Shown piece by piece: positions 49,167 through 60,130 of a DNA stretch of 64,000 nt. Position 1 is the first letter of the stretch, and the number at the start of each line of letters is the position of its first letter. The notes below the pieces were generated by a model. It searched no databases. It was not told the origin of the DNA and saw nothing but the letters and a program-made list of their open reading frames with translations. This stretch comes from Wickerhamiella versatilis (lineage: Eukaryota). A program made the translations under genes and the position numbers. The stretch covers positions 682,001 through 746,000 of the forward strand of contig JAQOWU010000001.1 in the NCBI GenBank assembly GCA_030867685.1. The letters are read 5' to 3'.

Positions 49167-51440
49167 CTAAGGACGGTCTCCTGCCAGGTACCTCATAAAG
49201 CCGGTCTGCGCGGTACGTGGCGAGGTTACAGGTGTATCGCTAGACTTGACTTCTAATTTGGAGAGGAGTGGGTGGACGATATCTGGTGATACACGGTCAT
49301 ATTTCCGCATTCGCACTTGCGGATTGTTATATTCTTCTGGAGTATCACTCAATAGTAAATCGACCACTTGCTTAACTTCAGTCAAGGTATCATCTAAACT
49401 TTGGTTTTGTGACTCCACTGCTATTTGGGTCACAAAATTCTGTAAGAAATCAATGTCTAGACGAAAGGTCTGCAATGCTTCCCGCGTTATCCCATTCGGC
49501 GCCTCCTGAAGAATGTTCATCAACCCAAGACTGAGCTGATCAGCGAGGCCCAAATATACAAACGAAGAAACATCAACAGGAAGTCTTACCAAAGTATTGT
49601 TCGTAAGAGTAAATAAGTACGTAGTCATTTCAAGAACATACGTACTGCGGTCCTCCGAAACGTCACGCCGTTGCCACTCATAATCTGCAATGGAAAAGAA
49701 ATCTTGCATAGACATTTCGATTAATTGGAAGACCCGCTCTTCAGCCTTTTTGGTTGTTTCTCGTAACTTAGTGGTTCCATCAAGTGCCATATGGCCTCGT
49801 CGACGTCCAGACATTCGCAATCGATCAAGCTCTTTCTCAAGCCTTCGAGCACCCTGACAAAAATACTGGAGGTCTATTAAGGTTTGGACAATAAGTTCAC
49901 GATTGGTTAGCTTGAGAGTGGCCTCAGCCTGACGTACTATTTCACCTAGGACTGTCTCGACTGCGTGAACAAGAGGGTCCTCTACAACCCCTGGATCCTG
50001 TTGAAATTGATCGAAAAACTGGGCGTGGCAGTTTAAGAGATTTCTGAGGTCTGCGCATGTCAACGGGTAAACTTCAGAAAACGGTAGAGGTCGGGGAAAA
50101 GGCTGTTTGTCCGCAGTCGCTGGTATGTCACTCCATAAAACAGTTTCTAAGACAGAATCCCAAGTTTCTTGCTTGTCTAGAACAAGCTGCATGCGGTCGC
50201 CATGTTTCCAGCATTCGTCAAAGTCATTTATGACGGTTTTAACAAGATTTTGGCTGAATTTTTTCAACAAAACTTCCAACAAGCGTTGGATCGATCCCAC
50301 GTTGAACTGGAAATTTACTAGAGTTTCCATAACCATGCATAAGTCATTCTTGAGGGCCATTATGTCCTTCTTCTCTCTGAGATCAAGAGTTGTACTGAAA
50401 GACACAACACCCTGCGCTATTCTCTCCCAGGCATCATCAACCTTTTTTGCAGGGCGCAATGAGGGAACATGATCACTGATGATACGATCCAACAGGCAAA
50501 AACCTGTCATTGTACGAAGATCGTGTAAATTAACGACTTTGTGAAGTAAAGAGTCGATCTGTTTTTCCAGCCATAATTCTAATTGCGGAAGTCTCTCCAG
50601 GCGAGAAAAAACCAGCTCTGCTTCATAGAGAGGGCCTAAATCAACCGTGAGGCCAGAGTCTGTCAGATAATTAGTCCCCGAGTGACGATACGCACGCTCA
50701 ACAGAACTATTAAACCGGAAACTCTTCAAATGTGGGCTATGTGCCACTATGTCACTCCATACAGCTCTCTGCTGTGACAACAGGTCGTAAGCACGTCGAC
50801 CTAAATCATCGATAGATTCAGCAAGCTTTGTGAAATGTGTCTCCAAGGCCTGTGTGGTTGAAGTGATAATTAAAGACGTCAGGGCAGGCAATGCTCGTTG
50901 TATCATATTTGTGAGACCTAAATGCTTCAATTTTTCCAAGCCCATGGATTGCAAGTCATGTAAGTTCTGTACCGCAGCTACTCTGTGTTGAGCCTTCAGA
51001 AGCTGATGGACCTGATTTGTATGCTCTAATGCTTGCAGGCAAAGCGTGACAGTATCCAAAGTCTCCTCAATATTGCTTCTGGTACGTCCCAGTGATGCTT
51101 GACGAGATGCATGCTCAATGTATGCAAGTGTAGGTCGGTCCATTTGAGATGAAACTTCCTGGATGGTTTTGGATATCTCGCCACTTCTTCGTTCAATATT
51201 ATCTAGATGTCCCGATGCCATGATGAAAGGATTATCACTGGCTTCACAAATCTTTTGAATCTCCATTTCTCGCGACTCACGGAGATCAGCTATGTTATCC
51301 AGAAGATCCTCTGTCTTGCCTTGCTGCAAGGCTGCTTTCACTAGAGGTGCCAGCTGATCAACATATCCTCCGTCACTTATGCTAAAGTTGGAGTCATTCA
51401 CTAGCAATAAATGCGCTAGCTGGACCTTCAGGTCCTCCAT
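49167..51440 (-). CDS. SEC15: Exocyst subunit Sec15
   Basis: YVDQLAPLV, EIQKIC, FPRPLPFSEVYPLTC, IVQTLIDLQYF, ADYEW, EYNNPQVRMRKYDRV. Confidence 0.9.
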   Translation of the reverse strand: MEDLKVQLAHLLLVNDSNFSISDGGYVDQLAPLVKAALQQGKTEDLLDNIADLRESREMEIQKICEASDNPFIMASGHLDNIERRSGEISKTIQEVSSQMDRPTLAYIEHASRQASLGRTRSNIEETLDTVTLCLQALEHTNQVHQLLKAQHRVAAVQNLHDLQSMGLEKLKHLGLTNMIQRALPALTSLIITSTTQALETHFTKLAESIDDLGRRAYDLLSQQRAVWSDIVAHSPHLKSFRFNSSVERAYRHSGTNYLTDSGLTVDLGPLYEAELVFSRLERLPQLELWLEKQIDSLLHKVVNLHDLRTMTGFCLLDRIISDHVPSLRPAKKVDDAWERIAQGVVSFSTTLDLREKKDIMALKNDLCMVMETLVNFQFNVGSIQRLLEVLLKKFSQNLVKTVINDFDECWKHGDRMQLVLDKQETWDSVLETVLWSDIPATADKQPFPRPLPFSEVYPLTCADLRNLLNCHAQFFDQFQQDPGVVEDPLVHAVETVLGEIVRQAEATLKLTNRELIVQTLIDLQYFCQGARRLEKELDRLRMSGRRRGHMALDGTTKLRETTKKAEERVFQLIEMSMQDFFSIADYEWQRRDVSEDRSTYVLEMTTYLFTLTNNTLVRLPVDVSSFVYLGLADQLSLGLMNILQEAPNGITREALQTFRLDIDFLQNFVTQIAVESQNQSLDDTLTEVKQVVDLLLSDTPEEYNNPQVRMRKYDRVSPDIVHPLLSKLEVKSSDTPVTSPRTAQTGFMRYLAGDRP

Positions 51441-51651
51441 AACCCACCTGGTGCTTAGATAAGTCGGGCGTTTATCTTATTCTTTCAAAAAATGTATGAG
51501 ACAAAAAGTCTAGTTTGTGTAAATGGTTTAAGGAATAGTCACTTCTGAAGCTACTATCCTAAACTCCTCTTTAGAAATAGTTTGCCTCTTCATGGCTTTG
51601 CCTGCCTACTAACATCGTAGATATGTGTGACTAAGTATCCCTGTCCGGCCA

Positions 51652-53016
51652 ATGGTCGTGGGCTTGTCCGATCTTCCTTGCGAGGTAGTATCCCTAATTA
51701 GTTCCTATTGCGGACAAGCAGATACCGTGAACTTTTCTTTAACGACTCCCTTGTTCCATGAGATAATCATAAGTCAGCTGTATCGCTCAATCTTTATAGA
51801 CACAGGTCCATGCTCACTTGCTCGACCTTACAAGAATATCGAGGGAAGGTTGGTTCCCTGCACTGTATTAAGGACGGTGGCAGGAATAAATCAATTCCTT
51901 CATGTCGTGAGCTCCAACAAGGCTCTTGCAGCTAAGGTTTGGGCATTTGAGTGTCGTTCCAATGTCGGCCTAAGTGATATCCAATTCTTTTCTAACTTAC
52001 ATGCGGCATTTGAGAACCTAAGTTGTTTGTCAATACTAGAATGGTCTGCTTGCCCTGAACTTCCACCTGATTTGTTCTGCGTACTTCCACACCCTGAACG
52101 ACTGCAACTCCTTCGGGCTGATCTGGCAGTTCGTCCTTGGCAGTCTTATCCGACTGTAGACTTTTCAAACCTTAGAGTCCTAGAAGTTCGACCTTTCCTA
52201 AATGCACAGTTTTTGCAATGGCTGAGCGAAGCTACTGCAGTGGCACCCCTTGAGGCAGTTATGCTGGGGAGATTTCTAGATTCAAAACAGGAAATTGGCA
52301 GTGGATACAGGTTCGTTGGGTTATCTGCTCCTGGATATGTCGATGTAGCGTCTTTTTTTCGTGACAAGAGCCTTAAACCATACAAATTTGGGGTAATGGG
52401 GGCTGGGCTCAGCGCAAAAGTGATGGAGAATGTGGACTTTAGGCAAGTTGAAGAACTCGTGTTAGCAGGATGTGATGCTGCTGGTTCCAGTATAATCAAT
52501 ACTTTGACTGGTAGACTTCCAAACGTGACATCTCTCCGTCTCGACTGGCCTCATTGGACGCCAGCTTTTGTAAAGCAATTAAATCTTCGAAACCTGGATC
52601 TAACAGTGAAGCACTCACCAGAAGAAGCAATGAAAATTGTAAGTAACCAACTGGAACTGCAATCTTTAGCCATAACGATGGATTGTTCCTTCTCTACGTC
52701 AGACTTAGAGTCACTACGGGTATTGACTGGGCTAAGGAAGTTGACAATACCTTTCGATTACTATTCAAGGACCTGGGAAATCGCATTGATGCTTCCAAGA
52801 CTGGAAGTCCTCATCTTGAATTATCAAACATTTGTAACAGGAAGACCCAGTCGTGCTCACGTGGGTCTTCTGAATACTGGGATATATGATGGCTGGAGCG
52901 ACAGGGATGTTTCCCCGCTTCAGAATTCAGCTATTCTTGAATCTCTTAAATCACACCCATCTCTGAAAACTGTCATAATAGATGGAAGAACTACGACCTT
53001 CAAATTACATGAATAA
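51652..53016 (+). CDS. F-box protein with LRR-like C-terminal region
   Basis: LSDLPCEVVSLISSY...LYRSI F-box; repeated LxxLxL units. Confidence 0.7.
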   Translation: MVVGLSDLPCEVVSLISSYCGQADTVNFSLTTPLFHEIIISQLYRSIFIDTGPCSLARPYKNIEGRLVPCTVLRTVAGINQFLHVVSSNKALAAKVWAFECRSNVGLSDIQFFSNLHAAFENLSCLSILEWSACPELPPDLFCVLPHPERLQLLRADLAVRPWQSYPTVDFSNLRVLEVRPFLNAQFLQWLSEATAVAPLEAVMLGRFLDSKQEIGSGYRFVGLSAPGYVDVASFFRDKSLKPYKFGVMGAGLSAKVMENVDFRQVEELVLAGCDAAGSSIINTLTGRLPNVTSLRLDWPHWTPAFVKQLNLRNLDLTVKHSPEEAMKIVSNQLELQSLAITMDCSFSTSDLESLRVLTGLRKLTIPFDYYSRTWEIALMLPRLEVLILNYQTFVTGRPSRAHVGLLNTGIYDGWSDRDVSPLQNSAILESLKSHPSLKTVIIDGRTTTFKLHE

Positions 53017-53098
53017 CGAATAACGAATTAGCTCTACTAGCTGGGCACTTGGTACTTCTTCGATATCTCTATAAAAGTCATTAGGAATACTATAGTAG

Positions 53099-53959
53099 TC
53101 ACAGATTTTTATGGACACGAATCATATGACGTTTGACCGCGTCTGGCCGTTTGAACATCTTCGGACAAACTAGGCAATTGAACTTAGCAAGGGAGTGCAC
53201 AGTATCCATATGGCGTGTGCAATCTGCTGTTTTATGGAAACCAATAATGGACCAAATACAATGCTCGTCAGAGCATTTATGAGGTCTGAAATTTGCAGGA
53301 TGGCTAAGGTCCAAGTGCTCTTCTAATGACCCAAGAGTTTCAAATTTTTTGCTACATTGACGCCCACATGTTTGGGTTCCTTTGATTGTCTTTAAGGCAG
53401 CTTTGGTTATGATAGAAGACTTGGATATTGCGATAGAGCGGGGACCAACAATAGCTAGTTGATGGAAAGTTCTGTCGCATTGTTTTCCTCTTATTCTCTC
53501 AGTAGTCTCCGTGATGGAATCGGGTGAAGATGGAATTGAACATGCAGATGATAGAGGACTGACAGGAGGGGATAATGGGTGTGGGGCTGACAATGGCTTC
53601 TGGTCACACTCGTTCCCGTTAATTGGCTGCTTCGTGATTGTCTCATTGTTTGATGTAATATCATTAATGCATAGCACAGACGATGAAACGGTATGCTCTG
53701 GCCTTTCAGAAATCTCGTTGATGTGCGTTTTCTCGTCGTATACCTTAAAGTCAGGTAATACATGTGATGCACTGTCACAGCTATAAAGCTCTTCATCATA
53801 ATTCCAGCATAGAGAAAAACTGTCTGTGTCGATAAGTGGAGATATTGGGGGCATAGGGTCCAGAGTCTCATAGCTTTCGACTTCTCCTAGAAATTGCCTT
53901 CGAACCTCATCTACAGTCACAAGTCCAGGATAAATTAGGTCAATTGGTGACATACTCAT
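53099..53959 (-). CDS. RME1: C2H2 zinc-finger transcription factor, Rme1-like
   Basis: Three C-terminal fingers, including the atypical CxxxxCxWxIxGF..RH finger and FKRPDAVKRHMIRVH end. Confidence 0.6.
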   Translation of the reverse strand: MSMSPIDLIYPGLVTVDEVRRQFLGEVESYETLDPMPPISPLIDTDSFSLCWNYDEELYSCDSASHVLPDFKVYDEKTHINEISERPEHTVSSSVLCINDITSNNETITKQPINGNECDQKPLSAPHPLSPPVSPLSSACSIPSSPDSITETTERIRGKQCDRTFHQLAIVGPRSIAISKSSIITKAALKTIKGTQTCGRQCSKKFETLGSLEEHLDLSHPANFRPHKCSDEHCIWSIIGFHKTADCTRHMDTVHSLAKFNCLVCPKMFKRPDAVKRHMIRVHKNL

Positions 53960-54356
53960 TTATAGGAAGCGAAGAAATACGGCGCTGCTTGAGCTTTTAT
54001 GTACTATGCGTGTGCTATACCGCGGTGGGAGAGCACCCACCTCAGGTAAACCACCGGGCTAGTCACCATGGGCAACTATGAAAGTATAAAACTCGCTATA
54101 TCAGACAAAGCTCAAGCAATAATAAGACCTTTTAGGAAAATAAAGTATTGTCATAAAAGAGGATTCATTATTGCGGAATACTATGCCTTGCTTCTCTATG
54201 ATAAAATAAATCAGAATAGTAATACTGATATCAATTAAATGTGCTTTTACGTTATTAAAAAGGTTATCTATAAAAAAAAACACCAGGTCTTGTCAATTTA
54301 AAATTCTCGTAAGTCTTTCATATGACTAAGCTTCCGACAGTGTGCCGTGTTGCCGA

Positions 54357-54929
54357 ATGGGAAAAGCTTCCAGCAAACTGTCTAAGGAAGAACTCCGTGA
54401 GCTGAAGACCAATACTTATTTTGAAGGGAAGGAGCTTCAACAATGGTATAAGGGCTTTCTGAAGGATTGTCCCTCGGGGCATCTTACACGAGACTCTTTG
54501 CGAGAAGTTTATAAACAGTTTTTTCCTTTTGGTGATCCCACGACGTTCAGTGATCTAGTGTTTAACATTTATGATACCGACAACAGCGGCACAGTTGACT
54601 TTAAGGAGTTTATAACCGCACTATCTATTTCAAGTCGTGGCACAATCGACGAAAAGCTCCGGTGGGCGTTTAAATTGTACGACCAGAATGGTGATGGAAA
54701 AATCAGCGCCCAGGAAATGCTTCGTATAGTAGAGGCAATATACAAGTTAATTGGGTCGATGATGAAGGTTCCAGAAGATGAGTCTACCCCAGAGAAAAGA
54801 GTAAACAAACTATTCTCAATGATGGATGTGGACCATGATGGGCAGATTACTTTTGATGAATTCTGCGAAGGTTCTAAGAAGGACCAGAGTATAGTTTCAG
54901 CCTTAAATCTTTATGATGGTTTGGTATAG
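54357..54929 (+). CDS. FRQ1: Frequenin / neuronal calcium sensor
   Basis: [10 protein letters not shown] myristoylation start, [16 protein letters not shown]-hands, [18 protein letters not shown]. Confidence 0.97.
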   Translation: MGKASSKLSKEELRELKTNTYFEGKELQQWYKGFLKDCPSGHLTRDSLREVYKQFFPFGDPTTFSDLVFNIYDTDNSGTVDFKEFITALSISSRGTIDEKLRWAFKLYDQNGDGKISAQEMLRIVEAIYKLIGSMMKVPEDESTPEKRVNKLFSMMDVDHDGQITFDEFCEGSKKDQSIVSALNLYDGLV

Positions 54930-54953
54930 CATAAATGTAGTTAAATTTTCATT

Positions 54954-55823
54954 TCATAGCAACTCGTCATCTTTAGGAGCAAAGACTTCCTTAATCTTCA
55001 AACTAACTGCAATGCAAAACTTATCCAGCTTTGCGAATTGATCATATTCATAGAGGCGATTTGTGAAAGCTTGTTCGTCTTGTTCCTTGACAGCCTCTAC
55101 CAGGCCATTGAGGAATGGGTACTCTCGGGTTGACTCGAATGATGGGTCCCACTCAACATACTTCTCCAAAGCTAGTCCAGCATCAATAGCATCGCCTTCA
55201 GCGAGGTGACAAAGTGTGGCTTTCAAGAAGTACTCCTTTAACGACCATTTAGACAAATTAGAATTAAGCGACTGTCGAGCTACGCGCTCAAAGTTTTGCA
55301 CAGCCAGCTTATAGTTCCTTTGTAGCCCAGCTAGTTCCGCCACCTTCAAAAATGCCTTATTGCTCAGTGACTCCGCCCGATCGTTAAAGTACCAGTCACC
55401 TGCATTCTCATAAGCCTCCAAAGCCTTAGCAAAGTCCTCAAGCTCCTCATAAATGGACCCGAGATCCATTTCATATTGAGCTGCTCTGCGAAATTGACCC
55501 CTTAGAGTGAACAAATGGATTGCTTCTTGAAGAGATACAGCAGCTTGCGCTGGATCAACACCTCTGTAAGCCTTGTAGGCTTCGATAAGCGTGTTTGATG
55601 CTTCATCGCGCGCGTCGCTTTCTTTTTGCAATTTAGCAGCGGTTTCAAAAGCCTTCCCCGCAGACTTAGCATCCTTCTGAAGCCGGAAGGCATTACCCGC
55701 TTGGATATAGAGGTCTGCCGCATCACTCTTCTCATCACCAGATGTTCCCATCCATCGATTAAGAAAACTGGTGCTTCCACTAGCCTTTTTGGCCGCTTGC
55801 TTCAAAAGCTCTTGTGGGTCCAT
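54954..55823 (-). CDS. SEC17: alpha-SNAP
   Basis: AADLYIQAGNAFRL, GQFRRAA, SKWSLKEYFLKA, DPSFESTRE, C-terminal DDELL. Confidence 0.95.
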   Translation of the reverse strand: MDPQELLKQAAKKASGSTSFLNRWMGTSGDEKSDAADLYIQAGNAFRLQKDAKSAGKAFETAAKLQKESDARDEASNTLIEAYKAYRGVDPAQAAVSLQEAIHLFTLRGQFRRAAQYEMDLGSIYEELEDFAKALEAYENAGDWYFNDRAESLSNKAFLKVAELAGLQRNYKLAVQNFERVARQSLNSNLSKWSLKEYFLKATLCHLAEGDAIDAGLALEKYVEWDPSFESTREYPFLNGLVEAVKEQDEQAFTNRLYEYDQFAKLDKFCIAVSLKIKEVFAPKDDELL

Positions 55824-55988
55824 TCCCAGGAACGTTAGTAATACAGACTAGGATTGCCCTTGGTTAGTAGCCTGGTGCGAAGTACCCGGTGAAGAGATTT
55901 TGACCTTAGAAGTAGAATCATATAAAAAATACTGATACAATTCCTAACTTAGTGTTTTTAGAACTAACAAGTCTGTCCAGCAGACTTC

Positions 55989-58037
55989 TCAATGTACGTA
56001 TCGTGCCACATCTTCAAAATTGAACGGTCCTAATAAATCTGTCAAGCATTCCGAGGCAGGACGTGCACCACCCCACTTGAGAACAGCATTTTGAAACTTA
56101 TCGCCCGCTTCTCTGCTAAGAGGATCCGCCTCAAACAGACGGTTCCAGGTCATATTAGAGAGACAACGGTCGAACAAGTAGCTGTAGTAAGTAGCACCAT
56201 ACGAGACTAGATGGCCGAATTGAGCGTATACATCGTCATGCGAATCAGGCAACACTGCAAATTTTTGAACCACGTTAAAGTATTCCTTTGCTGGATCGAA
56301 ATCATCGTTTCTAGCCGCAACACCATGGAGGACCTGGTCTACAAATGATAAACAGATTTGCTGAGACATTTCCCAGTTCTGGGTGAACTTTGTTTGTCGA
56401 CAGTAGCGCTCAAACAAAGGATAGGGCAATGGTTCTCCCGTACTATGATGATGTGCAAAGATGCTGAGCACCCGAGGGTCGGTGGCAAATTTCTCCATTA
56501 TTATAGAAGGTAGCTCGACAAAGTCTGTGGCGCAGCGTGTTCCACCAACGTTATGGAGCTGAGTGCGGCCTATCATCGAGTGAATGGCGTGTCCCATCTC
56601 ATGGAAAAGTGTCTTCACCTCTTCTGGAGATAGTAAACACTCTCCCTCAAGCTCAACAAAATCGCATACTAATGCTATAATGGGCATTTGGTAGCCATCT
56701 TCGCCTTCGAATTCCCAAAACCGGCGCGAACACTGTATTGTGAAATGTGCGGGGTTGGGTGCTTTACCTGCCCTGCTGAAAAGATCACAATAGATGACAC
56801 CAACACGCTCAGTGCCCTGGAATACATCTAGCCTTCTCACATCAGGGTCCCAGACTTCACCCCGTTTTAGAGTCCCAGGTTTAAAGTGTAAGCCGTATAA
56901 CTTATAGCAGAGGTCACTAATACCCTGGAAGACATTTGCAAGTGGAAAATAGTTTGATATAACGGAAAGACCACCAGTCCGACTACGACCAGCTGCACGT
57001 CGATGCGCAATAGCATATGCGATATCCCATGGTTTCTTGATTCCCAGGCTATTCAATTCCTGCCGGGCAAGTCCTTTGCTAGACGCGCTGAGTGTCTCTA
57101 AAAATTTGGCCACATTTTCGGGTGTTTGCATTACTTTGTCGCTGAGCTCATAAGCAGCAAAACTTGGAGAGCCCTCTATAGCCGCGATTCGTGCCCTATC
57201 CATTAATATAGATCGTATGCATTGCTTCTGCTCTGGAGAAGCGCTATGTAGAGCTCGCCAAACTTTTTCACGTATCTCAGGTCGCTGGGCAGAGGAGAGG
57301 ACATGCTCAGCGATACCAGAATTATCGAGAGGAAACTGAACTTTACCGGTGAATGTAGTGTATGCTTTCAAGAACATGGGGTTTACTCCCTCCATATGGG
57401 AAGCGGATGGAAAGGTGAGGTGTGTGAGTGCTGGGCGTATGTTGTCTAGGAAATTTTGGCCCTCAATGGAAATCCTAGAGGATATTCTAACGAACTCGGT
57501 ACGCACATCTGCCGGAAATTGAATACCTGATCTTTCAAAATCATGTTTAAGAATAATCCCCACCCTGCGTTCCTCGGCCGAAAGACTCGTTTCATGATCC
57601 AGGGCTTCACAAACTCGTTCATAGAGTTCCGTACTCGTATTCAACTCGTTCATAAAATCAAACATAAGTTCGTGCGCCTGCTGAGCAGCAAAAACCATTG
57701 CATGCTCCGGATGAGAAACCCGAACGAAAGCTGCCATATCAACCACTTTACATATGGTATCACTCAGAACGTCTAGGCGCTTAATCCACTCATTTCGGGG
57801 GGATTTTCCGGAGACTATGTTGTCATTCATTTCTTTCGCGCGTAATAACGAGTCCATCGCAAATTGAAGCAGGCTATGTGGATTGGCCAATCTAGGATTT
57901 CCGAAAAGGCCTGTTACTTCTGCAGAAGAATCAACCCGAGGGCTAAGAAACTTCCTACCTGATGCACATGTCTGCATGAGGCGTTTGGATACAACCCTTT
58001 TACAGGCATATTGTGCTATCTGGAGGCCTCGCCTCAT
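55989..58037 (-). CDS. OCT1: Mitochondrial intermediate peptidase (M3)
   Basis: LDVLSDTICKVVD, AHFTIQCSR, TLFHEMGHAIHSM, GTRCATDFVELPS, FGHLVSYGATYYSYL. Confidence 0.95.
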   Translation of the reverse strand: MRRGLQIAQYACKRVVSKRLMQTCASGRKFLSPRVDSSAEVTGLFGNPRLANPHSLLQFAMDSLLRAKEMNDNIVSGKSPRNEWIKRLDVLSDTICKVVDMAAFVRVSHPEHAMVFAAQQAHELMFDFMNELNTSTELYERVCEALDHETSLSAEERRVGIILKHDFERSGIQFPADVRTEFVRISSRISIEGQNFLDNIRPALTHLTFPSASHMEGVNPMFLKAYTTFTGKVQFPLDNSGIAEHVLSSAQRPEIREKVWRALHSASPEQKQCIRSILMDRARIAAIEGSPSFAAYELSDKVMQTPENVAKFLETLSASSKGLARQELNSLGIKKPWDIAYAIAHRRAAGRSRTGGLSVISNYFPLANVFQGISDLCYKLYGLHFKPGTLKRGEVWDPDVRRLDVFQGTERVGVIYCDLFSRAGKAPNPAHFTIQCSRRFWEFEGEDGYQMPIIALVCDFVELEGECLLSPEEVKTLFHEMGHAIHSMIGRTQLHNVGGTRCATDFVELPSIIMEKFATDPRVLSIFAHHHSTGEPLPYPLFERYCRQTKFTQNWEMSQQICLSFVDQVLHGVAARNDDFDPAKEYFNVVQKFAVLPDSHDDVYAQFGHLVSYGATYYSYLFDRCLSNMTWNRLFEADPLSREAGDKFQNAVLKWGGARPASECLTDLLGPFNFEDVARYVH

Positions 58038-58153
58038 AGACTCTTTTCAGAGGGTTAGTAAGCAAACTCTTGATACTTTAAATTGTATATTCCATCCTGA
58101 GCTTTATAGGATAAGAAATAATCAATAAAACAGAATGCTGCTATCACTATAAT

Positions 58154-59932
58154 TCACTTCTTTCTTTTATCAGAATTATTCAAGCCCAAGTTGAATTCTC
58201 GTCTGAGCGACTTGTCCCTGGAAAATGGCACCACCCGTCTCTTCTTTTTTGAGGAACTTTTAGCATTCATAATCTTTTTACCGCTGGAAGAATTATTCGG
58301 TGTCTCATTCGGCGTTTCATGCTGGTTACTGATGATTGGAAACTGTTCGATATTTTCTCCTTGACTTGTGACAGTTTTGACTTTCTCCTGGGTTGGACTC
58401 TTAGAGCTTTTGGATGCTGGGCTAGATGATATCTCTTGGGCATCAAAAACAGTAGCTGCAATGGACTCAATATTAGGCCCGCCGACGTTGGCTCTATCAC
58501 GAAAGACTGGTGAAAAATTCACAGAACAGTCGCCTTTGTCCTCTTCGTATCCTATTATTTCGGATTGGAGACCTTCCTTATGGAATCGCTGCTCAGCACC
58601 AATGGCATTTTTCGGTGAATCTGAGGGTCTTCTTTCTGCATAGCTGTTTTTTCGCGTGCGTTCTTCATGGAAACTTTCTTGCGATGAGGCTGAATTGTAA
58701 TACGATCTTTGATTTTCGATAATTTCGAAATTTTCATGAGCTATAGAGGAGTTTGCAGGGACATCTTTTCCTGGAATATAAATATCAGGAGGCCATTGGC
58801 AAGGAAGAAAATACGGTATTTCAGCATCATAAATACACATATTTGTAGATATTTTTGAATGTTTCTCTATGAATACCCCAGCATTCCAAGATAGTATCCG
58901 CCAATGATCATCTACACCATGGCCACTGAGTTCATTGCGCCCTGTCTCAGGGTGAAATCCCCAGCTTTCCCGAGATAAGGGGGCAGATGTCACTATTGCC
59001 CACTCAGCAGTCTCAGAGAGCTCATCAGTCATTCCAACATACAAATTTCCAATGCATGGTCCACGCCCAGGAGGTGGGTTTGCGGGACATAGCGATTCAG
59101 TAATCCGCGGATCAGTTGCAAAGCAACCTTCCAATTTTACCGACATGCTCCTGGATTCATCAAGCGTAGGGTAGACGATATAAGTATCTACTTGCGGCTG
59201 AGAAGACACCCAATCTTCTGAGACATACTTTCCAATTTTGTTTACCACAGCAAGAGGAGCAGCTGTTGATTGAGAGAGTAGCGACGGAAGCTGGACGTTA
59301 CCCCAGTCACCGGGTACAGACGCCACGAAATGCACAGGACCGATTTCACTGAAATCCACAGACTCAATTAACGATTTCAACTGGCATATGTCACTACGGC
59401 CAGGAGGGGAGATACCGTGAGTCTCATAAGCATCCATGAAGCGCATGAGCTGCTGCTGAAAATGATGAGGTGCTTTTAGGCTGTCACAATTCTCGTCCTT
59501 GAAGGGAAGTAGCGGGCTTGCCCATATTGGGTGTGTAACTGAGGGATCCCAATATGCTGGTTGTAATTTAGTGGTTAAGACAATAATTTGAAAGCCCGAA
59601 GCTCTTTTGAGAATAATTAAACGGGTATTATGGTTGCCGTCAGTATTAAGCTGAGGTATGCACCACGCAACAACTGGTCGTCGTTGGCGCCAAGTGCTCC
59701 GATATACACTTAGCCATTGGCGTTTAGCAGAATCTATTTCTGATTGCCGAGCACCGTATATTATACGAATTTTAATGTGTTCTGGTGCGTGCAAAAGATC
59801 TAGCAACCAATCCACATCAACATCGTCATTAAAAATCCATAGTTCGCGAAGGTCACTGTGACCAATTAAATCACCTAAAGAAAAAACAGAACCATGTGGC
59901 TCATCTTCTGATATTCGATTAAATCGGTACAT
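58154..59932 (-). CDS. Tdp1-like protein with degenerate catalytic motifs and low-complexity basic tail
   Basis: SLGDLIG, IFN..VDVDWLL, IWASPLLP, DFS...FVASVPG, IVYPT, WAIVTSAPLSRESWG match the Tdp1 scaffold; ATG at 59932. Confidence 0.72.
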   Translation of the reverse strand: MYRFNRISEDEPHGSVFSLGDLIGHSDLRELWIFNDDVDVDWLLDLLHAPEHIKIRIIYGARQSEIDSAKRQWLSVYRSTWRQRRPVVAWCIPQLNTDGNHNTRLIILKRASGFQIIVLTTKLQPAYWDPSVTHPIWASPLLPFKDENCDSLKAPHHFQQQLMRFMDAYETHGISPPGRSDICQLKSLIESVDFSEIGPVHFVASVPGDWGNVQLPSLLSQSTAAPLAVVNKIGKYVSEDWVSSQPQVDTYIVYPTLDESRSMSVKLEGCFATDPRITESLCPANPPPGRGPCIGNLYVGMTDELSETAEWAIVTSAPLSRESWGFHPETGRNELSGHGVDDHWRILSWNAGVFIEKHSKISTNMCIYDAEIPYFLPCQWPPDIYIPGKDVPANSSIAHENFEIIENQRSYYNSASSQESFHEERTRKNSYAERRPSDSPKNAIGAEQRFHKEGLQSEIIGYEEDKGDCSVNFSPVFRDRANVGGPNIESIAATVFDAQEISSSPASKSSKSPTQEKVKTVTSQGENIEQFPIISNQHETPNETPNNSSSGKKIMNAKSSSKKKRRVVPFSRDKSLRREFNLGLNNSDKRKK

Positions 59933-60130
59933 ATTGACCAAGCTTTGTCGAAAATATCCGAATAAAACAAGAAAGGAGGAGGTTGCGCCCAGGTAGTTCT
60001 CAGTCAGCAGGAATATCAAACTGCATTTGATGCTATTCTTCTAAATCTTTTCGAGATAATAAGTTATTTTCTACTATCTACAGCTATAAAACAATTAATT
60101 GGATAGGATGCTAGAGGCATGCGCATGAAT

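Noticed and set aside
51494-51620. Possible 5' UTR intron before the F-box gene (GTATGA...TACTAACATCGTAG)
   Set aside because: Good branch point and 3' site but a weak donor; no coding need, and it would span most of the divergent promoter
54309-54340. Apparent 32-nt 5' UTR intron before FRQ1 (GTAAGT...GACTAAG...CAG)
   Set aside because: Very short for a yeast spliceosomal intron, and the branch-like sequence is better explained by the orientation-independent TKACTMA motif; would need RNA-seq
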